Assembly: GCF_000143415.4 (NCBI RefSeq)
Contig: NW_003314268.1
Coordinates: forward strand, 387,117 to 451,116
DNA: 64,000 nt
Source of the DNA: Selaginella moellendorffii
Taxonomy: Eukaryota > Plantae > Lycopodiophyta
Direction: 5' to 3'
Shown: positions 48,700 through 59,726 of the stretch, one piece after another
Position numbering within the stretch: position 1 is the stretch's first letter
Layout of the letters: the number at the start of each line of letters is the position of its first letter
The notes under the pieces: generated by a model
The model's input: only the letters and a program-made list of their open reading frames with translations
The model's database searches: none
Told to the model about the DNA's origin: nothing
Made by a program: the position numbers and the translations under genes

Positions 48700-50359
48700 A
48701 TGGATGCCGCGTTGATGCGCTCGCGGCATTCTCTAGGCGCTGCTGCGCATCGGAGGCTTACGGCAGCGGCGGGAGTGGCGCCGACGTTCTTGTCTGTGGT
48801 ACGATCGCGAAATCTCTGCGCTGCGGCTGCAATGGCGGTGAAATCTTCAGGCGAGAGCGTGGCGATGGAGCAGTATTTTCGCTGCGTGGAAGAATGCAAC
48901 CGCGGCAGGGTAAGAACGAGAGCTTTGATTGCTTAGTTCTTTGCATTTTCACCAGGAATGAGAGATAAGAATGCTTATTTCTTTGCATTTTCACCAGGAG
49001 AGGGTATGAATGAGAGATTGTTTGCTTATTTCTTTACATTTTCACCAGGAGCGAAGCTCGGAGTTTCTTCGCTTTCTAGTGGAAGGACACACGGTTGGCT
49101 ACATTCATCCCAGGTGAGCTCTATGTGACCCAAAGTTTAGCGGTGTTGATAGGAATAGATTTCCATTGTCAGATTTGCAGCGCTCTTGGAGAAATTTCCA
49201 CAGGTTTTTACAGTTGCTACTACCTCGACAGGTTATGCGTCTGTGGAGATCCATGAACGTCTCGAAACCCCCGAGCAGCGCACAACTGCCGTGGACGATG
49301 CTTTGCGGGTCTTGAGAAGAGATGGATTCGTTCCCGGCTGGCGTGACGAGGTACTTTGCGTTTGCACGACTTTCCTTTACAGCATTTCTTTTATGCGTAT
49401 AATCACAGGCTCTTATACTTCTACGTTTCGCAGCATTATCCGGTCGTTCTACAATTTGGTTCGCCGGCTTTCTTCTCGTTGGAGCGAGCGGCTGTTCCGT
49501 TTTTCGGGACCAAGGTGTGTTGCTTTTCTCGGTCGGTTCCAAAGGAGTGAGTGATTTTTTTTTTTTCCTTTTCTAGGCTTATGGGGTTCACATGAATGGA
49601 TATGTCACCAATTATGATGGCTCCAAGCAGCTCTGGGTGGCCAAGCGGAGCAAAAGCAAACAAACATATCCCGGTTACCTCGATCATCTAGTCGCAGGTG
49701 GTCAGGTAATAAAACATAAAATACCAAGTTCTTTCGTGCGTTACACTCATTGATGTTGGCTTCGTCCTTCCATGATGTGTTTTTCCAGCCAGTGGGACTC
49801 AGCTGCTCGGAGAATATTGTTAAAGAGTGCGAAGAGGAGGCCGGAATTCCAAAACAACTGGCGGAAAAGTGAGCTCCATCAAACTCCTCCATCGCTGCTC
49901 ACTCGACATTTTTGTTTTCTTCTTGTTTTTTGCAGAGCGATTCCAGTTGGAGCAGTCAGCTACGAGACAATCTACGGCGAGCAATGCAAACGAAACGTGC
50001 TCTTCTGCTATGACCTCGAGCTGCCACTCGACTTTGAGCCATCCAACAAAGGTACATGATCTTGATACATTCAATTCCTCCGTGTTCTTGTTCACCTCTT
50101 CCAATGGCTCACGTCACTAGATGGCGAAGTGGAGTGCTTCCGTCTGGATTCTATCCCAAATGTGGTCCAGAGCCTGGGAAACTACAAGCCCAACTGCGCA
50201 CTGGTCGTTGTCGACTTTTTATTTCGCCACGGGTACTGTTCTTCTTCTCTCCTGTTCGTTTGCTCTCTTTTACCAGTGGATTCCCACAGATACATCCGAC
50301 CAGAACAACAGGGCTACCTAAATCTCGTGCAGAAACTCAAAAGCGGGGAATGCTTGTGA
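48700..50359 (+). CDS. Nudix hydrolase, NUDT20/24-like (DUF4743 plus Nudix), with transit peptide
   Basis: GWRDE, LERAAVPFFGTKAYGVHMNGY, LWVAKRS..KQTYPGYLDHLVAGG, KECEEEAGI, DGEVE, YKPNCALV. Confidence 0.92.
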
Positions 50360-50751
50360 GGCAAAAAGGAAAAGCATCGTCCCTTGCCTCTTCAGAGCAC
50401 AAGTGGAGAGACAACGGGGAAGAAGAAAAAAATAATCTTTCTTTTGATAAAGCCCAATGCACGGCTCAGACAGCTTTCCTCCCCATGGGACAGGAGAGAG
50501 AAGAAGCTCAACTTTAGAAAAGAGACCCAAAGGGATAGGAGAGACGATACGTCTCCTCCTCCCTCCTTGCTGTGGATCTCCTCCCAAGGTATTGCGGCCT
50601 TTTCTTATTTACAAATAGAGCTTGGAACTTAATGGTAGTGATGGTGATCGTGTAGAGCTCTCTCGCTGGCAACGGGGTCGAATGGGACTCGCAAGAAGCA
50701 GCTGGAGAGCGCGCGGCGTGTTCTCGTGAGCTCTTCTCGACTTTTCGATGA

Positions 50752-52223
50752 TCAAGTTGCTGCTGGAACCGGGATAGTGGATGCTGATGATTGTGGTGGT
50801 GGCGGTGGTGGTGGAACAGCGGGAGGGAACTGGCCATTCCTGGCTGCTTGCCCGGCTTGTATAAGAATCGCGACTTCGGCCATTGTGGCTTCCTGCGCAG
50901 GGACAAAAGTAAGAAGCTGTTTACTCGGGGAAAAGGAGATTTTACTGACTTGCTGCTGGCGACGTCGTTGTAGGATGCTCAGCGCCCGGAGCATGATGTA
51001 ACAGGGTAAAAGGAATCCCGCTGCTCGCAATAGGAATAGCTGGACCAATTCACATGGAGAGAACATATATATATATGTTAGTACTTCCACACGGAGAGAA
51101 GGATAGGCTCGGACTTACAGTGAACAGCGCCGATGTGTCATCGTCAGCGCCAGAGGATGCCATCGCCAGAGCGTGGCGAAGCAGTAAAAGGGCCATCAAC
51201 TGGGATTAAACAAAGCAGAAAGTTAGCAAAAAGAAAGCGCAATGGTGCTTAGAGAGAGAGAGGGGAGGGAGATATTATTCCGGAGAGAGAGAGAGAGGTT
51301 GCTTACGATGAGGGCGGCCGATCGGCAACAGGCAGCGCTGCTTGCATTGGCGGAGGCGTACTCGTCGTAGTCCGAATCAAGGAAGTGCCTTTCGGCGGCC
51401 ATTGCCAGGATCCTGGGGTCCCGTAGATCGAGCTGATGAGGACCAGTGATACCCCAGTTGCCACTACGAGCCATCAATGCAAGCAGGGGATGGAAAAGAA
51501 GAAAGAGAGAAATTAGAAACGAATACAGTGAGCGCTGCTGCTTGTAGCTTACCTCAAATCAATCGGGGTTCCCTCCGGTTCCACAGGACGAGGAGGAGCT
51601 GTATACCCAGGCTGGTATGGCTGAAAAGCAAAAAAGAAGGAGGAAAAAATTCCAATCGATCAGCTAGCGCTAGAAAGAGTTGGCAAAACATGAGCAAGAG
51701 TAAATCCAACCTTTTGACAAATCTCACATGTTGTATCGCCTTTCTCGTTACACCAGCGCTGGACACACTTTCTGTGCGCGTACTGCAAAGAATCGAATGA
51801 GCAATGAAGAAGGAAAAAAAAAAAAGAAATAACGAAACAAGGCAAGCAAGAAAATGGGAATGGATCAATCAGTACCTTGACACTGCCAGAACACGCGCAT
51901 GGAGCTTCCAGATTTCCCACATCGTCCTCCTCCTGGCAGATTCTACATTCCACAGTCACCCCAGTGGCTCCTCCAAACGATGCGAGGTCGTCGTCAATGG
52001 TTTTGCCCTTCTTGACCACGAAACCCCCGCCGCCCTCGACGTATTCCTCCTCGCTGGCCGGCGAGAAGATGACGACGTGCTCGCTCTGGGGCGATTGCTG
52101 GAGCGCCCTGGCGGATGAGAGCAGCGGCGTGTGTTCTTGAGCAGCGCATGAATCTGGCGACGCGGCGGAAGCTCCCGGGGAGCTGGAAAGCCGATCTACA
52201 TCCAGAACGACATGATCCTCCAT
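50752..52223 (-). CDS. RING-CH (MARCH-type) E3 ligase with DUF3675
   Basis: CRICQEED...LEAPCACSGS, YAHRKCVQRWCNEKGDTTCEIC, CCRSAALI, LRAAGFLLPCYIM. Confidence 0.93.
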
Positions 52224-53608
52224 TCTTTCCCCAATCTCTTCCCGAAATATTTCGTGTTCTCCCGTCCGATACCCCGGCGCTCAGCACAGATCGTCACACA
52301 GACCTAGAAGAAGAGCTCGCATTCCTGGCGCTGACGCGCTTTCTTGCTCCCTAGTGTCGGCTAGAGTGCCGTAGAAATCCCAGGATGCCTCGCCGAATCC
52401 CCCAAAACACGAGATTGCCGCCGGAGAAGCAATCGCAGGGCACGCCGCGCCAACACGCTCGATCGATCAACCGAGTGAATCCCTAGAAAAATCTACGGCA
52501 CTCTCCCTCGCCGATCGCCCTCGCCATCGCCATCGCCCTTGCTTCTTCCTCTTTGCTGCTTTGTGTGTCCATATTTTAACCATGTTTGAATTCCAGCTTG
52601 GCGTCCGGAGACTAGGCTCGGCACCGAGCCTGAGCTGCCAGGCCGGGTCGGAGTGGCCAATGCGTACGTAAGAAACAGCTCCAGTTGTACGGCTCTATCA
52701 TTCATTGTGTGCACGTTCATGGACATTATTCGCACGGACGGGGCGTGGCGCCACACTGACTTTTGGCCCAGCCAAGTGGCCAGCGGGCCATTGGACAAAT
52801 CCTCGACGATGTAAAATTATTATCGATCAAAGCTAAACATTGTGCGTTACTGGACACCTCTACAATAGGGACGTGATAGTATACGCCGTAGAAACACGTA
52901 TGTATCTACTGTGTGAGGGGGCCTCGCAAGCACTAGAAACAGACATCTTATCGGAAGGTCAAAAGTTTCATCATACAAACCAAAGCAAATCTCTTGTGTT
53001 GCCCTGTTGCAAATCTTTGAGGGCTTTGTAACGATATGAATCACATGTGTGATGTGGGATCCCTTGTTTTCCAAGCTAAATCGCCAGTGGAAATGTGGGG
53101 ATCGATCCATCCATTTGGATTCAGATTCAAAGCCATACAAACTCTTTTATACTAAATTTTGTAGGTGGGGGGAAAGGAAACTAATAATTCTTTCGGTAGT
53201 AGCGGCCAGTGAAACAGAGATAGATTGTTTACAATGTTCTTCCTAGGGTAGTTCTTTGATTTTTGTGACAAGGCAAATAAATGTATATTGTATAGATTGA
53301 AATGCTTGGCTGGCCAAAGATCGGTGACATATATCAAATGTTGTGCCTCCAAAATTCTGTCGTGCGCGCGGATAAGGCGGATGGCGGGGCGTTTTCGGTG
53401 GCCCTTTGCCTGCACACGCACACCGAGCCTCAGCCTCGGGTGGCAAATAGCCAAAGCGAGGAATATTCCACGTCGCAGGATCCGACGGCCTGGATTGCAA
53501 AGGAACCTTTTCGAAGTTTGAAAGGTCTGTGCAAAGACAATTCTGGCAGAGGAGGCCCAGTCTAAAAGACAAGCGCGGAGAAAGTTGGGCGTGTTATAGT
53601 TGATGGAG

Positions 53609-53846
53609 TTGACCAGCATTGAGTGAGCTAGTCAACGGCTACTACAAGGGTTTTGACTGGCTTTCACTGTGTGCGCCGTGGGGCAGTTATTTCCGCGAAG
53701 TATTCTACGCGTCTGCTAAGAAACACCGCAATATTCTATGCGACAATTGAACTTTACGCGACTGCATGTAAAAGACGCCATCCGTCAACTTTCTGTCAAC
53801 TTTCGTGGGAAAATGGAAAAAACAAACAAGCACACGACAAAGTCAA
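53609..53846. promoter_or_regulatory. W-box cluster upstream of the UGT
   Basis: TTGACC at 53609, AGTCAA at 53630, TTGACT at 53653, AGTCAA at 53841. Confidence 0.35.
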
Positions 53847-53895
53847 GCTTGCCGGTTGTCTTCAAAAGGAGGACAGAAAGAACGAAGAAACAAAA

Positions 53896-55218
53896 ATGGG
53901 AGGAGATGGTTCTCTTCACGTCCTCGTCTTCGTCTATCCCGTCCATGGCCGCATCATCCCCGCCATGGTTCTCGCCTCGCGCCTCGTGGATTCCGGCGCT
54001 AGGGTAAGCTTCCTCTACCCCGCCCACCACGAATCGCGCCTCTGCGACGCAAGGTCCCGGCCACATTCTCCAGAAATCCGCTTCGTCGCGCTCCACGCCC
54101 GCGATTTCGACTCGGCGCCCAACGATTTCAGCCGGGATTTCTTCCTCATGCCCTCGCTCGCCCAGGAATTCGAGCAGCTCGTCTCATCGCTCCAGCCACC
54201 ACCATCGTGCCTGATTAGCGACGAGGTGTGTGGAACACTCGCCAAATCCGCACGATTGCTGGGCATCCCGCGCTATATCCTCGTCCCAGAATCCGCGTCG
54301 GCATTTGCCGCTACGCTACTCGCGCCATCGCTCGCCAGGGATTCCAAGCTCCCGCTCCAGGTCGCGAGGAACGAGACGGTGGATATTCCGTTTATCGGGA
54401 TGACGGTCGTTGCGAGGGAATATCTTAGCCCGTACCTAGATACCTTCCCGTGGCGTGCGGATTACTTCCTCGAAGGCGCCATTGAGGCACAGGCATCGGA
54501 CGGCATCCTCGTCAACACGTACCGCGAGCTGGAGCCGTCAATCTTATCCGGCATGGTGCGTGACACGTGCCTCAATCCTCACCGTGCGCCCGTCTTTGCG
54601 GTTGGGCCGCTGATCCCCGAGCCATCCTCGACCGTCGGATCCCACCACCAGGAAGAAGAGGCGGAGATTATGGAGTTCCTCGACGCGCAAGCTCCATCCT
54701 CGGTGGTCTTCGTCTCGTTTGGAACGCTCATCCAGCGAAACGAGAAGGACGCTCGCGAGATCTTGAGTGGGCTCGAGCAATCCGGCCATCCTTTCATCTG
54801 GAAATTCAGTGGCGATGGCGATTACGTCCCCACTGGAGCGGGAAAATCTGGATTGATCCTGCGAAACTGGGCGCCGCAGCTACGAATCCTATCACACCCA
54901 TCCACCGGATTGTTCCTGACGCACTGCGGATGGAATTCGTGCCTCGAGAGCTCCAGCCTCGGCGTTCCAATCCTCGGCTTCCCGGCCTTTATGGATCAGC
55001 CCATCAACTGCAAGCTCCTAGTGGAGCTTCGCAAGGCCGGGGTCAAACTGGCCACTCTCGAGAGCTTCCAGATCGCCGAAGCGATCAAGGAGGTGATGGA
55101 GTCGGAGGAGATCCGGAGAAACGCACAGAAGCTCAAGCTCGCTGCCGATCGAGCGCCCAAGAGCTTAGATTTCTTCGTGGACAAGTTAAGAGAAAACTCT
55201 GCTTTACATTACTTGTGA
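53896..55218 (+). CDS. Family-1 UDP-glycosyltransferase, intronless
   Basis: PSPG box WAPQLRILSHPSTGLFLTHCGWNSCLE...PAFMDQ; VVFVSFGT; ATG at 53896. Confidence 0.93.
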   Translation: MGGDGSLHVLVFVYPVHGRIIPAMVLASRLVDSGARVSFLYPAHHESRLCDARSRPHSPEIRFVALHARDFDSAPNDFSRDFFLMPSLAQEFEQLVSSLQPPPSCLISDEVCGTLAKSARLLGIPRYILVPESASAFAATLLAPSLARDSKLPLQVARNETVDIPFIGMTVVAREYLSPYLDTFPWRADYFLEGAIEAQASDGILVNTYRELEPSILSGMVRDTCLNPHRAPVFAVGPLIPEPSSTVGSHHQEEEAEIMEFLDAQAPSSVVFVSFGTLIQRNEKDAREILSGLEQSGHPFIWKFSGDGDYVPTGAGKSGLILRNWAPQLRILSHPSTGLFLTHCGWNSCLESSSLGVPILGFPAFMDQPINCKLLVELRKAGVKLATLESFQIAEAIKEVMESEEIRRNAQKLKLAADRAPKSLDFFVDKLRENSALHYL

Positions 55219-55338
55219 GAAACGCTTACAAGGAAAGCACCTCTTTCTTAAGCTTCCATAGCTATGAAGCACAGACTTTCCTTCACGCTGCGAAAAAGAG
55301 GAGAGGGATGGAAAAACCAAAATTCATAAGAACACACC

Positions 55339-55560
55339 TTAATTGTAGTAGAGCTCCAGCCCCATTCCATCGCGGATCTCGTAATCGGACAGAGTGATGT
55401 TGTCCTTGTAGATCGTGTACCATTTCTGGATCCTGATCTTCTCCGGGCGCGTCCCCGTCTGCGCCGCCACGAGCTTCTTCAAATCGCCGATGGTATCATC
55501 CTCGTTGCACTTGACTCTCACCTTCTTGCCCAGACGATCGTTGAGAATCACCTCGATCAT
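55339..55560 (-). CDS. UBL5: Ubiquitin-like protein 5 (Hub1)
   Basis: [19 protein letters not shown]...GMGLELYYN, 73 aa. Confidence 0.97.
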   Translation of the reverse strand: MIEVILNDRLGKKVRVKCNEDDTIGDLKKLVAAQTGTRPEKIRIQKWYTIYKDNITLSDYEIRDGMGLELYYN

Positions 55561-56177
55561 CGCGGAGAACCCTTGGCGGAAAGCGAAGAACCCTAACAAT
55601 TAGGAAAGTGAAAATGATGAAAAAGAGGAACCCTAAATGCCGTACGGACTCTGTTAGGAAATGGCTCTCTAACGGCTCCATTTAACAGAGCCGTCGGTCA
55701 TACCGACAGCCCTGTTTGTTTAACAACATACACAGGAATATGCCAAAAGGTGCCGGCATCTTGCGAATATCCTCCCCTTGCTTTCCGTTAGCGAACAGGG
55801 GAAAGAGAGAATCAATCAGTTTCTCGCGAGCGGGTGGACGATTTGGCCTGGGATCGGCGAGGCGAGATCTCCGCCAAGGACGATTGAGGCGCTGCGCGTA
55901 GCGGTTTGTAGCTCTGCGCCATGTTTAGGGCTCCAATCGACGAAGAGACGAGGTAGGGCAGGCGAGGGCGCCGCGAGCGGCTCTCCCGGCAGTGTAATTC
56001 TGCGGCTTCCCGCGAAATCCGGATTGGCGGCTGCGATCCCTGGAGGAATTTCTCGAGATTTCCATCGGAGAGGACCTGGCATGGGATAATTCATGGTAAT
56101 ATCGGATAAGGTCGTGGTATGAGGTCTAGGGAAGATCGCAGTAGCGGAAGAACTCCAGGAAGGATTAGTCCCTTAGA

Positions 56178-57108
56178 ATGATGGATAGCAGCGAAGCAGC
56201 GGCGATGGATTTTAATCTACTGGCGGAAGAAGATGAGTCGGGCAACGATTGTAAAAGCCGTCAAGAAGACGGTGACGAGGAAGAAGAGGAAGGAGACAAC
56301 GAAGATATCGAGCTGCTAGAAGTTACTAAAACGCTGGAAGAACAGGAAGAACAGGAAGAACACGAAGAACACGAGCAAGAAGAAGGAAACGAAGAAGTCC
56401 ACTGGAGGCGGCCTAGTTCGAAGATACTAACATTCCCGGCCCACGCTCCAATCCAAGCTGACACAACAACATTCTCGTCTAGAGAACCAACTTTGCTGTC
56501 GGTGGACACGGACGTGGAGATGGAAGTCACCACCGAGGAGACTCCATCGCCGAGCACGACTCCAAACCGGAGGAGCGACTCCACTGCCGCTGGAGATCAT
56601 GGCAAATCCCCGTCGGTGGCAACTCCAGGCGGGAGCAGTGACGATCGTCCGTCGTCAAACTCGAGCGAGGAATCGTCGTTGCAAAGCCACCACAAGCGGT
56701 TCCTCGAGCTGCAAGCGTTTCTCAAGCTCTGTGACGAGGCTGACCAGAAAGATCTCCTCGAAGGTGAGTTCCAAAAGTTCGTTTCTGTTTGATCGTAGCT
56801 CTAAGTTTCTCCTCGCAGCGTTGAGATCTCTATCGGCCGCTGCTCGTAGCGGGCATGCGTTTAACTTGGAGTACCGAGCTCTGATGCTTTCCATGGAAGA
56901 AGGTAAGCGAAAGTTTCTCAAGTTTGGCTTGGCTGGATCAAAGTTTTCTCGATGTTTTCTCGCAGGTAGAGAGATGCTGAGATTAAAGATGCTCAACGTT
57001 ATGGGTGGCAAAGGCAGCCCTTCTCAATCGCAGCAAGACAATGGTAGCACACCACTGGGGACTCGATTGCCGGCCCCTGGATCCGTGACAGATTTAAGCG
57101 CATATTGA
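56178..57108 (+). CDS. Acidic low-complexity protein with a conserved plant C-terminal domain of unknown function (3 exons)
   Basis: RFLELQAFLKLCDE.DQ...LRSLS.AARS.HA..LE.RA..LS.EEG.E..R...LNV.G; introns from 56764 and 56903. Confidence 0.8.
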
Positions 57109-57266
57109 CAGACAGCGAAGATTTACACCCGAGACAAAGATTATTTATGGCTATGCTCTTGATCCCCAGCCGTGGAGGACTCGAGAGGCTTGTGCATTAA
57201 ACGAATAAATCAAAGAACTTCCAAAAAATCCCCTGGAACTTTCAACCTTCTAAAGTTCCTCTCTTG

Positions 57267-57342
57267 CAATCCCTCATTGAGAGTTTTCAGCAGGCATTGT
57301 CTCAGATAGAGCTAATACTTTGATTTCTAATCATGGGGATTG
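57267..57342 (-). ncRNA. Box C/D snoRNA guiding 18S Am (U44/snoR18-like)
   Basis: Stem CAATCCC/GGGATTG, C box ATGATTA, guide GTATTAGCTCTA followed by D' CTGA (complementary to 18S UAGAGCUAAUAC), D box ATGA. Confidence 0.8.
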
Positions 57343-57366
57343 TCCAGGAACCACGATCTATATCTC

Positions 57367-57465
57367 TTTCGTTCCCTCATTTGGAGAAAGGTTTGGCATC
57401 ACGCTCTGCTCCACGAGAGCGAGCATCAATCCTATCAACTTCGTTGATAATCATCGGGAACGAAA
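57367..57465 (-). ncRNA. Box C/D snoRNA, candidate 18S/25S guides
   Basis: 10-bp terminal stem TTTCGTTCCC/GGGAACGAAA, C ATGATTA, D' TTGA, C' GTGATG, D ATGA; guide AAGTTGATAGG complementary to 18S CCUAUCAACUU. Confidence 0.7.
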
Positions 57466-57487
57466 CATTGAAATCTAAAACCCAAAA

Positions 57488-57577
57488 GCCTCAGCTGCCT
57501 ATAGTCATCTCCGCACAGAGAGAGGAATCGCACGAATCCTTCCTTGGAGTGGTGCATGACTTTGCTTCATCACGGGC
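57488..57577 (-). ncRNA. Box C/D snoRNA guiding 18S Gm (U32/snR40-like site)
   Basis: Stem GCC/GGC, C GTGATGA, guide GTCATGCACCAC complementary to 18S GUGGUGCAUGGC, D CTGA. Confidence 0.78.
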
Positions 57578-57731
57578 AAAAAAGAATGTAACCTAGAAAC
57601 CCAAAAGCCCTACATCCAACGCTTCATAACAGCTCTAGTCCCTAAATCCAACGGCCCGTCTCGGCTTAAAATCCAACGGCCCATATCGTTCAAATCCGAC
57701 GGCATACAGCTTAAAACGATGGTTTTAAAAG

Positions 57732-57804
57732 CACTCCCGGTGGGACTCGAACCCACAATCCCCTGATTAGAAGTCAGATGCCTTGTCCATTAGGCCACGG
57801 GAGC
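57732..57804 (-). tRNA. tRNA-Arg(UCU)
   Basis: GCTCCCGTGGCCTAATGG...TCTGACT-TCT-AATCAGG...GGTTCGAGTCCC...GGGAGTG, 73 nt, followed by TTTT. Confidence 0.97.
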
Positions 57805-57906
57805 GGCACTTGCAAAAGAAAGTGGTATAAAATCGAGTTGTTAGATTCCATAAACCCTAATTTTCGTCTTCCCCCGAAAGAAATATTTCACCGGGAGTGG
57901 ATTTTC

Positions 57907-58514
57907 ATGGCGATGGCCAAGCGCGCGTTCGATCCAAAGCTGCTCGAGTTCCTGGTGTGCCCGCTCAGCAAGACGGCTCTCAGGTACGATCAATCATCGA
58001 CCTATGGAATCGATAGGCAGCAAAAATTCTTCTCTCTTTCGTCGCGCCTGGCATTGTACTGGATTGGAATTCCCTGCTATTTCATTTGTTTATCATTGCC
58101 GCCAGGAAATCGGCATCGAATCCTCGGAAGAAAATAGAGTAGATGCTGAAAAACACTGGTATGCTCACTGATGATCCATCATTCACAGATATAGTGAGAA
58201 GAGACAGGAGCTCATCAGCGACGAACTGGGCGTCGCATATCCGGTGCGTGTGATGAGAGTGCTCTACACGACTGTGACTTACAAAACTTCGTAGCTTTAT
58301 TGGTTACTTTTTTTTTCTTCTTTTTTTTTATTCTTCTCTCTTTCTTCTTTTTTTCTTCTTTATGCGTGTGTTTCTCTTGGTCATTCCTTCTGACTGCTCG
58401 CTTTTCCCGCAGATCATCGATGGAATTCCTAATCTGATACCCCTGGACGGACGAATTATGGAAGAGACTGAGGATATCTCTCGCTCGGCTCGAGCACCGC
58501 AGGCTTCCGAGTAA
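57907..58514 (+). CDS. Trm112-like / UPF0434 (PreY-like) protein, 3 exons
   Basis: LLEFLVCPLSKTALRY...ELIS...GVAYPIIDGIPNLIP. Confidence 0.88.
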
Positions 58515-58519
58515 AGTTT

Positions 58520-58969
58520 CTAGATTCCTGGCTTGTTAGAATGTCCACCAGGTGAAGGTCCCCGGTGTGGGTTGGGATAGTCAGTATGGAAGACTTGCTC
58601 ATCAAAGCTGCCTTCTTCGGAAATCCAGCGAGACGAGTGATATAGCTGCAAACAGTTGAAATTCAAACGAACTGTCAGGTGATTTCCCTCTTTTCTTCTT
58701 TTTTTCTCTAAAGCTTGCTACTGAAGAAACACGGTTTGAGAAGAAGAGAGTTATCAGACCTTTCCAGGAGGAGCGGGTTCTCCATCATGCAAGACGACTA
58801 GAAGCAGCTTACGCGGTGCTACTGGATTGGATGCTGAAAGTTCAAATCTGTTAGTAGCGGAAAGAACGACCTTCTTTCAGCACAACAAACCTGCAGCAGG
58901 AGAGATTTGGAGCAAGGATAGGAGGAGAAGAACCAGGAAGACTGCTACTGCAACAGGAGCTCTCGCCAT
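58520..58969 (-). CDS. Small secreted peptide precursor (92 aa) with DY sulfation motif, RGF/GLV- or PSY-like
   Basis: Exons 58969-58891, 58833-58760 and 58645-58520 splice in frame. Signal peptide, RKLL, C-terminal FHTDYPNPHRGPSPGGHSN; TATA box at ~59023-59031. Confidence 0.72.
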
Positions 58970-59726
58970 TTATCTCCTTCCGAGGTGACTCGAGGTATGG
59001 CTTGCTAGTTTTTTTCTTTTGATTTATATAGCGATAGCGTATCCTCTCAACAGCTGAAAAGGCTGCTTAGACTAACATAACCTGGTTGTAGCTTTTACTG
59101 GGAACAATGCGATCTTTCACAAGGATCCGGATCAAATGGACAGGTTAAAAAAATGGAGGAAAGAGGGAGGAAAATGGCCAATGGATCCTTTAAAGGTAGA
59201 CCACATATGTTTTTTACTTCTCTATTACTCGTTTGACAGGAAAGAGAATACAAGTAGGCCAACAGTGGGATATTATGGGTGCTAAAGTGTAAGCCTTGCC
59301 CAGCACTGAGGTAACATCTTGGAAGTTGGTCTGCGATTTTACCAGCGCTGTGTTGTTCCAGTGCCAAATAATTCCGACACAGGCTATAGTGGAGTGGAAT
59401 CGCGCGTAGAGGAATATATATAAGCACCGGCTTTGTTGACGGGAGACGATATACATGCCACCTTGGAATCGTCCTGACGAATCGAAAGCTATGGGTCCTG
59501 TTATTTCTGGTTGCACACAATGGTCGCTGATACATTTATGGACAGGCATGAAGGATCGACCAGAATCTGACAACGTTGGCATCTCGAGGTCTTGCGATTC
59601 CGGGAGAAAGTTTTGGATCCCAAGGAAGCGGCTTCCAGCTTTGTTGGTGACGCAAGTGCTTTCTGAGCTCGAGTAAGTAGGCTGTACCAACACCTGTAAT
59701 TATCAGATCTTAGGGCTCTAGCGAGG

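Noticed and set aside
54567-55397. 276-aa alternative-frame ORF over the UGT
   Set aside because: It is a shadow of GC-rich codon usage with no ATG start or motifs.
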